In this document: positions 40,546 through 50,063 of the stretch, one piece after another | Layout: every line of letters begins with the position of its first letter | How positions within the stretch are numbered: position 1 is the stretch's first letter | Source of the DNA: Campylobacterota bacterium | Lineage (GTDB): Bacteria; Campylobacterota; Campylobacteria; Campylobacterales; Arcobacteraceae | Direction: 5' to 3' | Length of the DNA: 64,000 nucleotides | Assembly: GCA_051746405.1 (NCBI GenBank) | Contig: JBNJFB010000001.1 | Coordinates: forward strand, 32,001-96,000 | Notes under the pieces: generated by a model | What the model was told of the DNA's origin: nothing | Databases searched by the model: none | What the model saw: only the letters and a program-made list of their open reading frames with translations | Position numbers and translations under genes: made by a program

Positions 40546-41433
40546 ATGAAGTTTGCAGATCCAAAAAATGATTTAGCATTTAAAAAAATATTTGGAAATA
40601 CACAGCACAAAAATATATTAATCTCTTTTTTAAACTCTGTTCTTGATTTTGAGGGAATAAAAGAGATTATAGATGTATCACTTGCAAATCCTTATCAAGT
40701 GCCTAAAATACCTGAACTTAAAGAGACTATTCTTGATATCAAAGCTACTAATAAAAACGGTGAATCTTTTATAGTAGAAATGCAAAAAAAGGATTTGGGT
40801 GACTTTACCAAACGAAGTTTATATTATACTTCAAAAGCTTATGTACAGCAACTTCCAAAAGGTAATAACTATACCGTACTTAAAAAAGTTTACTTTATAG
40901 GAATACTTAATTTCAATATCTTTGATAACAAAAGTTATATTTCAAGACATCTTATTATTAATCAAGAAACAAATACTCAAGACCTAGATGATTTTGAGTT
41001 TAGTTTTATAGAGTTACCAAAGTTTACGAAAAAATTAGATGAGTTAAATAGCGTACTTGATAAATGGATTTATTTTATTCAAAATGCTTCTAATTTAACA
41101 GTGATACCATCTGAATATGAGAAGTTTCAAGAGTTTCAAGAAGCTTTTACTATTGCTACACAAACTAGTTGGGATAAAAAAGAGTTAGAGGTATATGAAT
41201 ATATGTGTTTAAAAGAGTTTGATGAATTAAATGCACTTAAAACAGCAGAAAAAAAAGGTATAGAAAAAGGCATGGAAAAAGGCATGGAAAAAGGCATGGA
41301 AAAAGGCATGGAAAAAGGAAAAAAAGATGAAAAAATTGCTATTGCGAAAAGTCTTCTAGATATCTTAGATGATGATACTATTGCTTTAAAAACTGGACTT
41401 GATGCAAAATTAGTTCAAAATTTAAGAAAATAA
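40546..41433 (+). CDS. Rpn family recombination-promoting nuclease / PD-(D/E)XK putative transposase
   Basis: DPKNDLAFKKIFG, LDI, IVEMQ, RSLYY, FIELPKF, EKGM repeats, IAIAKSLL..TGL tail. ATG at 40546 follows AAAGGA. Confidence 0.9.
   Translation: MKFADPKNDLAFKKIFGNTQHKNILISFLNSVLDFEGIKEIIDVSLANPYQVPKIPELKETILDIKATNKNGESFIVEMQKKDLGDFTKRSLYYTSKAYVQQLPKGNNYTVLKKVYFIGILNFNIFDNKSYISRHLIINQETNTQDLDDFEFSFIELPKFTKKLDELNSVLDKWIYFIQNASNLTVIPSEYEKFQEFQEAFTIATQTSWDKKELEVYEYMCLKEFDELNALKTAEKKGIEKGMEKGMEKGMEKGMEKGKKDEKIAIAKSLLDILDDDTIALKTGLDAKLVQNLRK
41263..41319 (+). repeat. In-frame 12-bp tandem repeat (GAAAAAGGCATG x4 plus partial) encoding EKGM
   Basis: Four perfect copies at 41263-41310. Confidence 0.95.
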
Positions 41434-41453
41434 AACAATGCTAAGAAGTTATA
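41432..41453 (+). repeat. Right copy of the 22-bp direct repeat flanking rpn
   Basis: AAAACAATGCTAAGAAGTTATA; contains the rhomboid start codon. Confidence 0.92.
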
Positions 41454-41977
41454 ATAGAAGTAATTTTACAGCTGTAAATATCATAATAGGTGTAACAGTT
41501 CTTTTTTATTTTATTCAAATAAGTATGAATAATGGTGGTTTATTTTTCGGACTGAATATATATTTTTCTGCATATGACTTTTGGTGGCAGCCACTTTCTA
41601 CAATGTTTGCCCATGGTGGTTTAATGCACTTAGCAATGAATATGTTTGTACTATATCAGTTTGGAAGTTTGATTGAGAGATATAAAGGCAGCTATGAGTT
41701 TATAACTCTATATTTTTTATGTGGTATATTAACTTCACTATTGTCATATGCATATATCTATTTTTTGGATAATCAAGTAAATCTAGTTGGTGCATCAGGT
41801 GCAATATGTGCACTTCTTGGTTATGTTGCATATCTTGATAGAAGCCAAAGAAGCGGAATAATAACCTGGGTTTTATTAATCTCAGTAGCCCCTTTAATAA
41901 TAGGTCTTCCTATTGCATGGTATGCACACTTTATAGGATTAGGATTAGGTTTTTTATATGCACTTATTAGAGGTTAG
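41438..41977 (+). CDS. Rhomboid family intramembrane serine protease
   Basis: WWQ, H...HL.MNM, GASG, AH..G motifs. Confidence 0.92.
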   Translation: MLRSYNRSNFTAVNIIIGVTVLFYFIQISMNNGGLFFGLNIYFSAYDFWWQPLSTMFAHGGLMHLAMNMFVLYQFGSLIERYKGSYEFITLYFLCGILTSLLSYAYIYFLDNQVNLVGASGAICALLGYVAYLDRSQRSGIITWVLLISVAPLIIGLPIAWYAHFIGLGLGFLYALIRG

Positions 41978-42138
41978 TTGAAATTCACAACAAAAGTAAC
42001 TATACTCATAATCACTAAAACAATAGCTAAAGAGATAAAAACATCTTTTAGTGTTACTGTTGGGTTTAAAATCCCACAGTATGGGCACTGTCTCTTTTTA
42101 GGTTGAATATCTCTTTTACAGTTTTTGCAAGTAGCTAT
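41974..42138 (-). CDS. Unannotated 54-aa Zn-ribbon/TM microprotein with apparent ATA start
   Basis: Reads (M)ATCKNCKRDIQPKKRQCPYCGILNPTVTLKDVFISLAIVLVIMSIVTFVVNFN*. AAAGGA lies 6 nt before ATA, and there is an in-frame stop just upstream. Confidence 0.65.
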   Translation of the reverse strand: MATCKNCKRDIQPKKRQCPYCGILNPTVTLKDVFISLAIVLVIMSIVTFVVNFN

Positions 42139-42229
42139 GATATATCCTTTTTATTTAAGATACTAGCGAAAAATATTTCAAAATGCAATAAAATAAACAG
42201 TAGTTATAAAAAGTGAGTATAATATCATT

Positions 42230-43534
42230 ATGTTTATTCACCTAGATTTAGATTGTTTTTTTGTATCAGCACATAGAACTTTAGATAAAAGTTTAGAAAA
42301 TATTCCAGTTGCGGTTGGAGGACGAAGTAATGTCAATATTTTTTCTTCAAAAAAAGAGATTAGAAAGGTATCTTCTAGTGAAGGTGCATTTGTGGGGACG
42401 ATTCTTACAAATGAGGGTAAAAAAAGTTTCAAAGACTATTTTGTAGATGAAGATGGAAGAATAAGAGGTATTATTACAACATCATCATATGAAGCAAGGG
42501 CGTATGGCGTAAAAACTGCAATGAGTGTAAATGAAGCTTTAAAGTTATGTCCAAAGCTTAAGATGCTACCACCAAACCATCCTTTATATCATGAATTATC
42601 TGTAAAACTAAAAGAGCTACTTAAAAGAGAAATCCCCCTTGTTGAGCAGTTTTCTATAGATGAGTTTTTTGGAGATGTGACAGGCTATATTGATGAAAAG
42701 GAAGTTGTGGATTTTGCTTACTATTTAAAAAAGAAGATTAAAAATGAGTTGGATTTACCAATTTCAATAGGTATTGCAAACACAAAATATCTATCAAAAC
42801 TTATAACAGAGTATGCTAAACCAGATGGAGTTAAGTATGTATCAAAAGAGCATTTACCAAGTTTTACAAAAGATATCTTAATAGAGAAGTTCCCAGGAAT
42901 AGGTAAGGCTTTTCAACAAAGATTAAAAGGCTATGGTGTAAAAACATTAGGTGATATTAGAAGAAAAAAAGAGCTTTTTTACTCATGGAAAAAGCCAGGA
43001 ATTGAGCTATATAACAGAGTTTGTGGAATAAGAGATAATAAGCTAACCTTGCAACGAGAAAAGAAGTCAATAGGAATAGGGCGAACCTTTGATGTTGTAT
43101 ATGATAGAAAAGAGGTTTTAAGAAGGGTTTTGATACTTAGTAGATATTTGTGTTTTTTAGTAAAAAAAGAGAGTGCAAACCCCTTAACATATGCATTAAA
43201 AATCAAATATGAATATAACATTAAATCAAAAGATTATATAAATGTAAATAGAGTTTTTAATGAGACAGATTTTAAAAATGAGATGAAAAATCTATTTATA
43301 AAAAGCGATATTCATCCAAAACATGGAGTAGTACAGCTAAATATAACAGTTTCAAATTTTTCAAAATCAAATAGTAATACCTATAATATCTTTGAGTATG
43401 AAGCAGATTTAAAAAAGAAAGAACTAACAGACCAAGTACAAAAATTAAGACTCAAGTTTGGAATTGATATAATAAAAAGTGCAAGTGAACTAGATGACAA
43501 ATTTGAAAGAAAGAGATATGAAAATAAAAGATAA
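42230..43534 (+). CDS. dinB: Y-family DNA polymerase IV
   Basis: HLDLDCFF, SYEARAYGV, SIDE, AKPDG, PGIG. Confidence 0.9.
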   Translation: MFIHLDLDCFFVSAHRTLDKSLENIPVAVGGRSNVNIFSSKKEIRKVSSSEGAFVGTILTNEGKKSFKDYFVDEDGRIRGIITTSSYEARAYGVKTAMSVNEALKLCPKLKMLPPNHPLYHELSVKLKELLKREIPLVEQFSIDEFFGDVTGYIDEKEVVDFAYYLKKKIKNELDLPISIGIANTKYLSKLITEYAKPDGVKYVSKEHLPSFTKDILIEKFPGIGKAFQQRLKGYGVKTLGDIRRKKELFYSWKKPGIELYNRVCGIRDNKLTLQREKKSIGIGRTFDVVYDRKEVLRRVLILSRYLCFLVKKESANPLTYALKIKYEYNIKSKDYINVNRVFNETDFKNEMKNLFIKSDIHPKHGVVQLNITVSNFSKSNSNTYNIFEYEADLKKKELTDQVQKLRLKFGIDIIKSASELDDKFERKRYENKR

Positions 43535-43799
43535 AATAAAACAAAGTAGTAGTAAAGCTTTTAATTATCCTAAAATAAAAAGTACAAAATTAAAAGAGTC
43601 AATACAAATTAAAGTAAGGCAAAAAGCTGTATTAGCTACAAAAGCAAGACTTATGGAAAATCATAAGAGTTTTGATGATTATACTGATGAGGAGCTTGAG
43701 ATTATAATAGCTGATGAGGAGAGAAAAATTATGGATGATTTAAAGACAAAATCTTTAGCAGTTGCATTAGCAGCCCTTGGATTAAACTTTTTTATATAG
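43518..43799 (+). CDS. Hypothetical protein with C-terminal hydrophobic tail
   Basis: ORF overlapping the end of dinB; start uncertain (43494 or 43518). Confidence 0.65.
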   Translation: MKIKDKIKQSSSKAFNYPKIKSTKLKESIQIKVRQKAVLATKARLMENHKSFDDYTDEELEIIIADEERKIMDDLKTKSLAVALAALGLNFFI

Positions 43800-43807
43800 G
43801 ATGATAA

Positions 43808-44200
43808 ATGTTTAGACAAGTTAAGTCTGCACTATTTTGGTACTACCTTTACAAGTTTCGAAAAAGAGTGATTCTAATATCAATTCTACTTCTTATAGCA
43901 CTATTTTCAAATGCAATATATGGTGATGTTGTTCAATATTTAAAGTTAAAAGATAAATTAGAGTATTTAGAAATAGCACTTTTTTTAAAGTGGGGAGTAA
44001 TAATATTTAATCTTACATATAGTATATATCTTATTTTGACTATTTTTAAAAAATATGAACAAACTAAAAATAAAAAGCCAAAGGATTCAAAAAAAACCAA
44101 GCCCCCTAAAAGTATAGATGAATTATCAAGTAGAGAGAAAAGTTTTATTTATAAAAAGAAGCTAAACTCTAAAGCTGACTATTTGGTAAATAGGAAATAA
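43808..44200 (+). CDS. Hypothetical membrane protein
   Basis: Two TM segments, AGGA SD. Confidence 0.7.
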   Translation: MFRQVKSALFWYYLYKFRKRVILISILLLIALFSNAIYGDVVQYLKLKDKLEYLEIALFLKWGVIIFNLTYSIYLILTIFKKYEQTKNKKPKDSKKTKPPKSIDELSSREKSFIYKKKLNSKADYLVNRK

Positions 44201-44208
44201 AATAGTAA

Positions 44209-44592
44209 CTATCTCATAGTTTTATATAACTCTATTGCATTTTCTATATCTTCTTTTGATGGTTTTCTTCTACAAGAGATATAGCACTGCTCACCTGCTT
44301 CATTTTTATATGGATAAACAGTTGCAAATACCCAATAATAACCACCTGATTTAGTTTTATTTTTTACATATCCTTGCCATACTTCATCTTTTTTTACACT
44401 CTCCCATAGGTCTTTAAATGCAGCTTTTGGCATATCTGGATGTCTTACCATATTATGAGGTTTTCCCATAAGTTCATCAAGCTCATACTCTGCAACCTTA
44501 CAAAACTGGTCATTTGCAAATATTATGTTTCCCTTTGCATTTGTTTCACTAACTAAAAATGCATTATCTTTTAAAACTGTTTCTCTTGGCAT
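44209..44592 (-). CDS. Stand-alone Aer/CetB-like PAS domain protein
   Basis: HNMVRHPDMPKAAFKDLW, YVKNKTKSGGYYWVFA. Confidence 0.88.
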   Translation of the reverse strand: MPRETVLKDNAFLVSETNAKGNIIFANDQFCKVAEYELDELMGKPHNMVRHPDMPKAAFKDLWESVKKDEVWQGYVKNKTKSGGYYWVFATVYPYKNEAGEQCYISCRRKPSKEDIENAIELYKTMR

Positions 44593-44595
44593 GGT

Positions 44596-46368
44596 TTAAC
44601 CTTTTTTTCTTTTTTGAAACTCTAAATCACAGTTATGCTCTTTTAAAATATCAAGTTTATTAAAAATCTTGTTTATCTGTTTTTCGATATTTTCAGTAAC
44701 TGAAATAATTTGACCATTTGAGTACTCTTCTGCATATAAATCAACACTATCTTGAACCATATTATGAAACTTTTTGTGAGTATCTTTAAGTTCAATCCAC
44801 AAGTTTGATTTAGTGAATTGTAGGTTCTGCTCTTCACTTTTAATTATCCATTTGCCCATATCACATTGAGTATGAGATTTTACTGTAAACTTATTTCCTG
44901 GCTTACAGTCACAGAAGTTCACATTTTTGAAGTTTATATGGTCTGATTTTAATTTATTTAAATCAAAAATATAGTTAGCATTACAAACTCTTCTTTTAGC
45001 ATTTGGTTCAAAAGTTGTTCTATCAACAGCACCTTGAAGCTGTAGTGATAAATCTTTTGTGGTTTTTGACATATCACTAATTTGAGAAGACAGTCTTGCG
45101 TTATTTTGTGTAGCTTGGTCTAATGAGTTTACTGTATCGTTAATTTGATTCATAGCTTGTTGTTGCTCTTTTGTAGCATCTGTAACTTCATCTATTAACT
45201 TTATTGTAGAGCTAATATTTGTATCTAATTCATCAAATCCTTCAATCATTCTACCTGTAACCTCTTTACCTGCTTTTGCTTTAGAAGTTGCACTTTCAAC
45301 TAAACTTTTTATTTGATTTGCAGCTTCGGCACTTCTATTTGCAAGATTTCTAACTTCTTGAGCTACAACAGCAAAACCTTTTCCAGCCTCACCTGCTGTT
45401 GCTGCTTCTACTGCTGCATTTAGACTTAAGATATTTGTTTGAAATGCAATATTATCAATTACAGTAATTGCTTCATTTATTGTATAAACTTCACTACTTA
45501 GTTCATCCATAGATTGGGAAGTTTTATTTGCTAACTCTTTTCCTATTTTAGTAGATTTTGTAACTTTTGAAGCATATGATGCCATTTGTGAAGCGTTTTG
45601 ACTACTAGCAGATATTGTTGAAGTAACCTCTTCAATAGCAGCAGCGGTTTGCTCTAAAGCAGCTGCTTGTTGATTAGAAGCTTGACTTAAACTTTGTGAA
45701 GCATCAGATAAATCCTGTGCACTAAAAGTTAGTCTTTTATTTGAGTTATCTATTAGTGCCATTACTTCATTAATAGTTGATTGGGTTACTTTAACACCAC
45801 TAAAAATTGATGCAATTAGTCCTGTAACACCTTCAATTCTAGGAATAGGTAAATCATATCTAGCATTTGCTAATTGTATTAATGAATCAGATAATATTGT
45901 TAAATTTTTCTGGTTTTTATCTATTAGGTTATTTATTTCATCAATTAAATCTTGAACTTCTTTTGATGAAGCTTTTTGAGTTATTCTTTCATTATAGAGT
46001 CCCACATTTACTTTTCCAAGTGTTGCTTTTGCATTTTGAATTACTTTTCTATCTTGAATTTGATTTAGTCTTAACTTCTGGATATATTTGTTTAAATCAT
46101 CTGCAATTATTCCTAGCTCATCATCTCTATTTAACTCAATTTTTACTATATCTTCAGAGTTTATTAATCTGTTTATACCCTCATCTAGTTTGAATATTGT
46201 AGATAAGATATCTTTAAAAATTAAAACAATTCCAATGGAGCATAAAAAAATTAGACTTGATAAAACTATGTTTACAGCTTGTGAAAAATAGAATAGACCT
46301 ATAAGATTTAATATAACCAAAAGCGTAAGAGTAGTGGCTAAAAGTAGGGATTTTGTTTTGATATACAT
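44596..46368 (-). CDS. Methyl-accepting chemotaxis protein with C-terminal CZB domain
   Basis: [33 protein letters not shown]-like DH...HTQCDMGKW...HKKFH. Confidence 0.9.
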   Translation of the reverse strand: MYIKTKSLLLATTLTLLVILNLIGLFYFSQAVNIVLSSLIFLCSIGIVLIFKDILSTIFKLDEGINRLINSEDIVKIELNRDDELGIIADDLNKYIQKLRLNQIQDRKVIQNAKATLGKVNVGLYNERITQKASSKEVQDLIDEINNLIDKNQKNLTILSDSLIQLANARYDLPIPRIEGVTGLIASIFSGVKVTQSTINEVMALIDNSNKRLTFSAQDLSDASQSLSQASNQQAAALEQTAAAIEEVTSTISASSQNASQMASYASKVTKSTKIGKELANKTSQSMDELSSEVYTINEAITVIDNIAFQTNILSLNAAVEAATAGEAGKGFAVVAQEVRNLANRSAEAANQIKSLVESATSKAKAGKEVTGRMIEGFDELDTNISSTIKLIDEVTDATKEQQQAMNQINDTVNSLDQATQNNARLSSQISDMSKTTKDLSLQLQGAVDRTTFEPNAKRRVCNANYIFDLNKLKSDHINFKNVNFCDCKPGNKFTVKSHTQCDMGKWIIKSEEQNLQFTKSNLWIELKDTHKKFHNMVQDSVDLYAEEYSNGQIISVTENIEKQINKIFNKLDILKEHNCDLEFQKRKKG

Positions 46369-46450
46369 TAATATAACTCCTTAGATAACGAATTATAATT
46401 CATGTTAACTTAGAATATTATGAAAATCCCTTAAAAATAACTATTATTTA

Positions 46451-48295
46451 TTAGTAAGTACTAATACTGTTACTTTTTATATTATCTGATTCGAACTCTT
46501 TATTTTTCATCCATAAAGTTTGTGTTGGATATGCAAATTCACAATTATTTGCTTTTACAAGTTCAGCTATTTTTACAATAACATCCTCTTTTGTTTTAAG
46601 CCACTCTTCCCAAGCTGGATTTTTAGCAAAACAGTAAACCATAATATTAATGCTAGAGCTTGAATACTCATCAACATATACAAGTAAAGTACGCATAATA
46701 CCTTGCAATGACTCTTTTTCTATTGCTTCAAATCCAAGGCCTCTACTAACTTTTGAGTTCTTTTCAGTTGCTATTCTTGGATGATTCTCCAGCATATTTC
46801 TAATATCAGTTTTTAAATTTACAATATCTTCCATTTTTGATTCATAAGTTATACCAATTTTCATGGATATTCTTCTACCAATTTTTCTTTTTGACCAGTT
46901 TGTAATGTGTATATTTGCAAGATGGGAGTTTGGTACTGTTATCATACCATTATCAAAGGTTCTAATCCTTGTGGTTCTCATTCTAATATCCACTACAGTT
47001 CCTTCAATATCACCTGTTTTTATCCAATCCCCTTGAGAAAAAGAGTTATCAGTCATAATACTTAATGAACCAAAAAAGTTAGTTAAGGTATCTTTTGAAG
47101 CTAATGCAATTGCTATACCACCAACCCCAAGTGAAGCTGCAATGGCTTTGATATCAATTCCTAGCTGCGAGAATAAAAATAGAATAACAAGTAATATTAA
47201 TACTATTTTTACAACTCTTAAAATAAATACAATCATCTCTTTTCTAACATTTGGGTAGGTTTCTAAAAGAGTTTGTGCATAGTTATTAATACTATTATTT
47301 ATAATTGTATATAATCCCCATGTAAATAGTGCCATATATGTTGTATTTATCCAAGGCATTATTTTTGATATGAGTATAGGATCTTTTATTAAAATATAGA
47401 CGGATATTTGAATAGATAATAGATATAGTGAGTAAATCAACGGAGTATGAACAGACTCTTTTAAATACTCTCTAATCTCATCTGTATCATCTTCATCATG
47501 TTTTCTTTGAATAAATATTTTTGCTATTAATGCTGCAAATAGATATATAACTTTAAGACTAATAAGTCTTAAAACAAGTATTATAAAAACCACTACAACT
47601 AGCTCACCTATTGTAAAGTTTAAATGATATGAAGTGAGATTTGAAGCATAAGAGATACCTTGTATTGAATCAATTTTTTTAATTAAGTATTGTAGGTTAA
47701 ACTCATCAATAAAAAAGTTTGTTTTTCGAAACTCTGATATATTATCCTTTAGGTAGTTTAATACAAAAGTTTGTTCTACTCTTTGTTGAGTTAACTCTTC
47801 AAAGTTTTTTGTAAACTCTTTTGATAGGTAACTATCATAGTTTTTCTGTTCTTCATAAACTTTTTCATACTCTTTGAGAGATTTACTATTTATTTTCTCT
47901 ATAGTAGTTGATAATAACTTTTCATAATAACTTAACTTTCTAAACTCTTCTTTTGCTTTTATAATGCTTTTTAAAGTATTTTCATAAAGTATTTTTTCCT
48001 CTATTGCTATAACTTCTAGTTCGTCTCTTTTTACAGCAAGGGTATTATTGGCTCTTTTATTTATACTTATTTTGTTTTTTAATAGTTCAAGTTTTTCTTT
48101 AGTTAATTCTTTTGTTCTTAATGTATCTAAATATGATTTGTTATTTATATTTTCGATAACTTCTTGTACAACTTGTTGATGTTTTTGAAGTTGAACTTCC
48201 TCTTCATTTTGAGTACTACCTTGAGCCTGTGTAGTAGTATCTGCTTGTGCAAATAGTAAAAAAAATTGAAAAAATAAAATAAATGTAAATCTCAA
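46451..48295 (-). CDS. MscS family mechanosensitive channel with large periplasmic N-domain
   Basis: LGVGGIAIALA, GDWI, IEGTV.DI.MRTT, VPN, FAYPT. Confidence 0.9.
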   Translation of the reverse strand: MRFTFILFFQFFLLFAQADTTTQAQGSTQNEEEVQLQKHQQVVQEVIENINNKSYLDTLRTKELTKEKLELLKNKISINKRANNTLAVKRDELEVIAIEEKILYENTLKSIIKAKEEFRKLSYYEKLLSTTIEKINSKSLKEYEKVYEEQKNYDSYLSKEFTKNFEELTQQRVEQTFVLNYLKDNISEFRKTNFFIDEFNLQYLIKKIDSIQGISYASNLTSYHLNFTIGELVVVVFIILVLRLISLKVIYLFAALIAKIFIQRKHDEDDTDEIREYLKESVHTPLIYSLYLLSIQISVYILIKDPILISKIMPWINTTYMALFTWGLYTIINNSINNYAQTLLETYPNVRKEMIVFILRVVKIVLILLVILFLFSQLGIDIKAIAASLGVGGIAIALASKDTLTNFFGSLSIMTDNSFSQGDWIKTGDIEGTVVDIRMRTTRIRTFDNGMITVPNSHLANIHITNWSKRKIGRRISMKIGITYESKMEDIVNLKTDIRNMLENHPRIATEKNSKVSRGLGFEAIEKESLQGIMRTLLVYVDEYSSSSINIMVYCFAKNPAWEEWLKTKEDVIVKIAELVKANNCEFAYPTQTLWMKNKEFESDNIKSNSISTY

Positions 48296-48340
48296 TGTAA
48301 ATCCTTAAGGTTAATTTATAAAATTATACTAATAAAACTC

Positions 48341-48817
48341 TTATTTGTCTATTGTTTTTTTAGACTCTGCACTTGAACTTAACTTTTGATAGATACCTAA
48401 TCCAACTATAATTAGTACAGATGTAATAATTAAAATTGATGGATAAATCAAATCTGAAATATCTCTTGTACCTGCTTTAAAAATATAAACAAGCCCCTCA
48501 ACACTAACTGCAATAGATATAATAGTCATAATTTTAGTTAATGTTCTTCTAGCTTCAGCTGGCTCTCTTAACTCTTTATTTCTAAAAACCTCTTCTTCAA
48601 TCATATATTTAGCAATATCTAAAATTGCCATTGAAATAATAACAGTACCAATTGATTGAAGCATAGTCAAAATAAACTCTTTATTAGTACTAAAATCTTT
48701 TATTGCATTGTAAACTTCTGTAGTTGACCAAACCAAAATAACTAATGACATTGATGCTAAAACAATAGAAAATAGAAGATAAATAAGGCTTGTAATAGTT
48801 TTAAATATATTTCTCAT
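48341..48817 (-). CDS. Hypothetical 4-TM membrane protein
   Basis: Four hydrophobic segments; ATG at 48817 follows AGGAGG. Confidence 0.75.
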   Translation of the reverse strand: MRNIFKTITSLIYLLFSIVLASMSLVILVWSTTEVYNAIKDFSTNKEFILTMLQSIGTVIISMAILDIAKYMIEEEVFRNKELREPAEARRTLTKIMTIISIAVSVEGLVYIFKAGTRDISDLIYPSILIITSVLIIVGLGIYQKLSSSAESKKTIDK

Positions 48818-48961
48818 AGAACCTCCTAAAAATTTGATACTTTTTAACATAATAATTTGAAATAAAACTTAAGTATTATTTGCCTTTATCAAAATAATTA
48901 GAATTAAAAATATTACAGATGATATATTAATAAGATATTGACTGAGTTTAAGAAAAATATT

Positions 48962-49035
48962 AAAAAAAAGGGGTGCCCCAAATTAATGGGGCGGGGACTA
49001 TTATTAAGCTTTGCCAAAACTATGCTTAGCTTTGA
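48962..49035 (-). ncRNA. Candidate ~70-nt C-rich small RNA or attenuator
   Basis: Minus-strand TATAAT at 49040-49035; GCCCCA-TTAATT-TGGGGC hairpin flanked by GTCCCC and ACCCC, then T8. Confidence 0.45.
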
Positions 49036-49304
49036 TTATAAAATAAGTATATCTTATTTAAATAAATAAGAATTTATTATTTATAATCTCAAATAAATCA
49101 TACCTATTAAAATATTAAATTAATATTAAAAACTATTAAATCTGTATTTATTTTTGATAATTTTATATTTAATATAATAAATAAAACTTATAATATAAAT
49201 ATAATAAAATCTTAATCATTTAAGAATAATATAAGTTAATAAGTTGTAGAATTAACTTATCAAAAGATAAAATTTATCCTTTGAAATATAAAAAAGGAGC
49301 TGTT

Positions 49305-50015
49305 ATGGCTTGCGATACAGGTTCAAAACCTATTGAAGAGAATGAAAAAGATATTAATAATGATAACAATACAAATTTAAATAATAAAAAGGAAGAGAAT
49401 ATGAGTTCAAGTTTAGTATTAAGAAATGCACCTGAGTTTAAAATGGAGGCTTATGACTCTAAAACAGGTCATTATACAGAGGTTAAAAGTGAGGATTATA
49501 AAGGAAAATGGCACGTAGTTTGCTTTTATCCAGCTGACTTTACTTTTGTTTGTCCAACAGAAATTGCAGCAATGAATGCAAAATATGATGAGTTTCAGGA
49601 TTTAGGTGTAGATATTTTAGCTGTATCAACTGATACAAAGTTTTCACATAAAAGATTTGTTGAAACTGAACCTATCTTAAAAGATTTAAAGCTTACAATT
49701 GGTGCAGACCCAACAGGTGTTGTAAGTAGAGCATTTGGTGTTATGATTGAAGAACAAGGTGTTGCATTAAGAGGAAGATTTTTAATTAATCCTGAGGGTA
49801 CAGTTGTTGCTCAAGAGGTACAAGCTCCAATGGTTGGAAGAAATGTAAATGAGTTTTTAAGACAAGTTAAGGCTTGGCAACATGCAGAAAAAACAGGTGA
49901 AGTTTGTCCAGCTGGATGGCAACCAGGTAAGAAAACACTTCCTGTAAATACTGATGTGGAACAAATGACAGGTAGAGTAGGTGATTATATCACTCTAGAT
50001 GAAATTTTATCATAA
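49305..50015 (+). CDS. 2-Cys peroxiredoxin (AhpC/Prx1-type) with N-terminal extension
   Basis: FYPADFTFVCPTE, VGRN, GEVCPAGW. SD-backed in-frame ATGs at 49305 and 49401. Confidence 0.9.
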   Translation: MACDTGSKPIEENEKDINNDNNTNLNNKKEENMSSSLVLRNAPEFKMEAYDSKTGHYTEVKSEDYKGKWHVVCFYPADFTFVCPTEIAAMNAKYDEFQDLGVDILAVSTDTKFSHKRFVETEPILKDLKLTIGADPTGVVSRAFGVMIEEQGVALRGRFLINPEGTVVAQEVQAPMVGRNVNEFLRQVKAWQHAEKTGEVCPAGWQPGKKTLPVNTDVEQMTGRVGDYITLDEILS

Positions 50016-50032
50016 TTTTACAATCATCATAC

Positions 50033-50063
50033 AAGCATCAAAAGTTACTAACTTTTGATGCTT
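50033..50063. terminator. Probable bidirectional terminator between the peroxiredoxin and DMT genes
   Basis: AAGCATCAAAAGTT-ACT-AACTTTTGATGCTT perfect inverted repeat. Confidence 0.75.

Larger units (their letters stand above)
40460..41453 (+). mobile_element. Single-gene rpn insertion unit (972 bp) bounded by 22-bp direct repeats
   Basis: Exact flanking duplication; deleting one unit restores an overlapping hypothetical/rhomboid gene junction. Confidence 0.7.

Noticed and set aside
49060..49280. PerR/Fur boxes upstream of the peroxiredoxin
   Set aside because: Short palindromes exist (e.g. GATAAAATTTATC), but the region is almost entirely A/T, so matches are not discriminating.
49520..49565. 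Selenocysteine peroxiredoxin (PrxU-like)
   Set aside because: The peroxidatic codon is TGT (Cys); there is no in-frame TGA.
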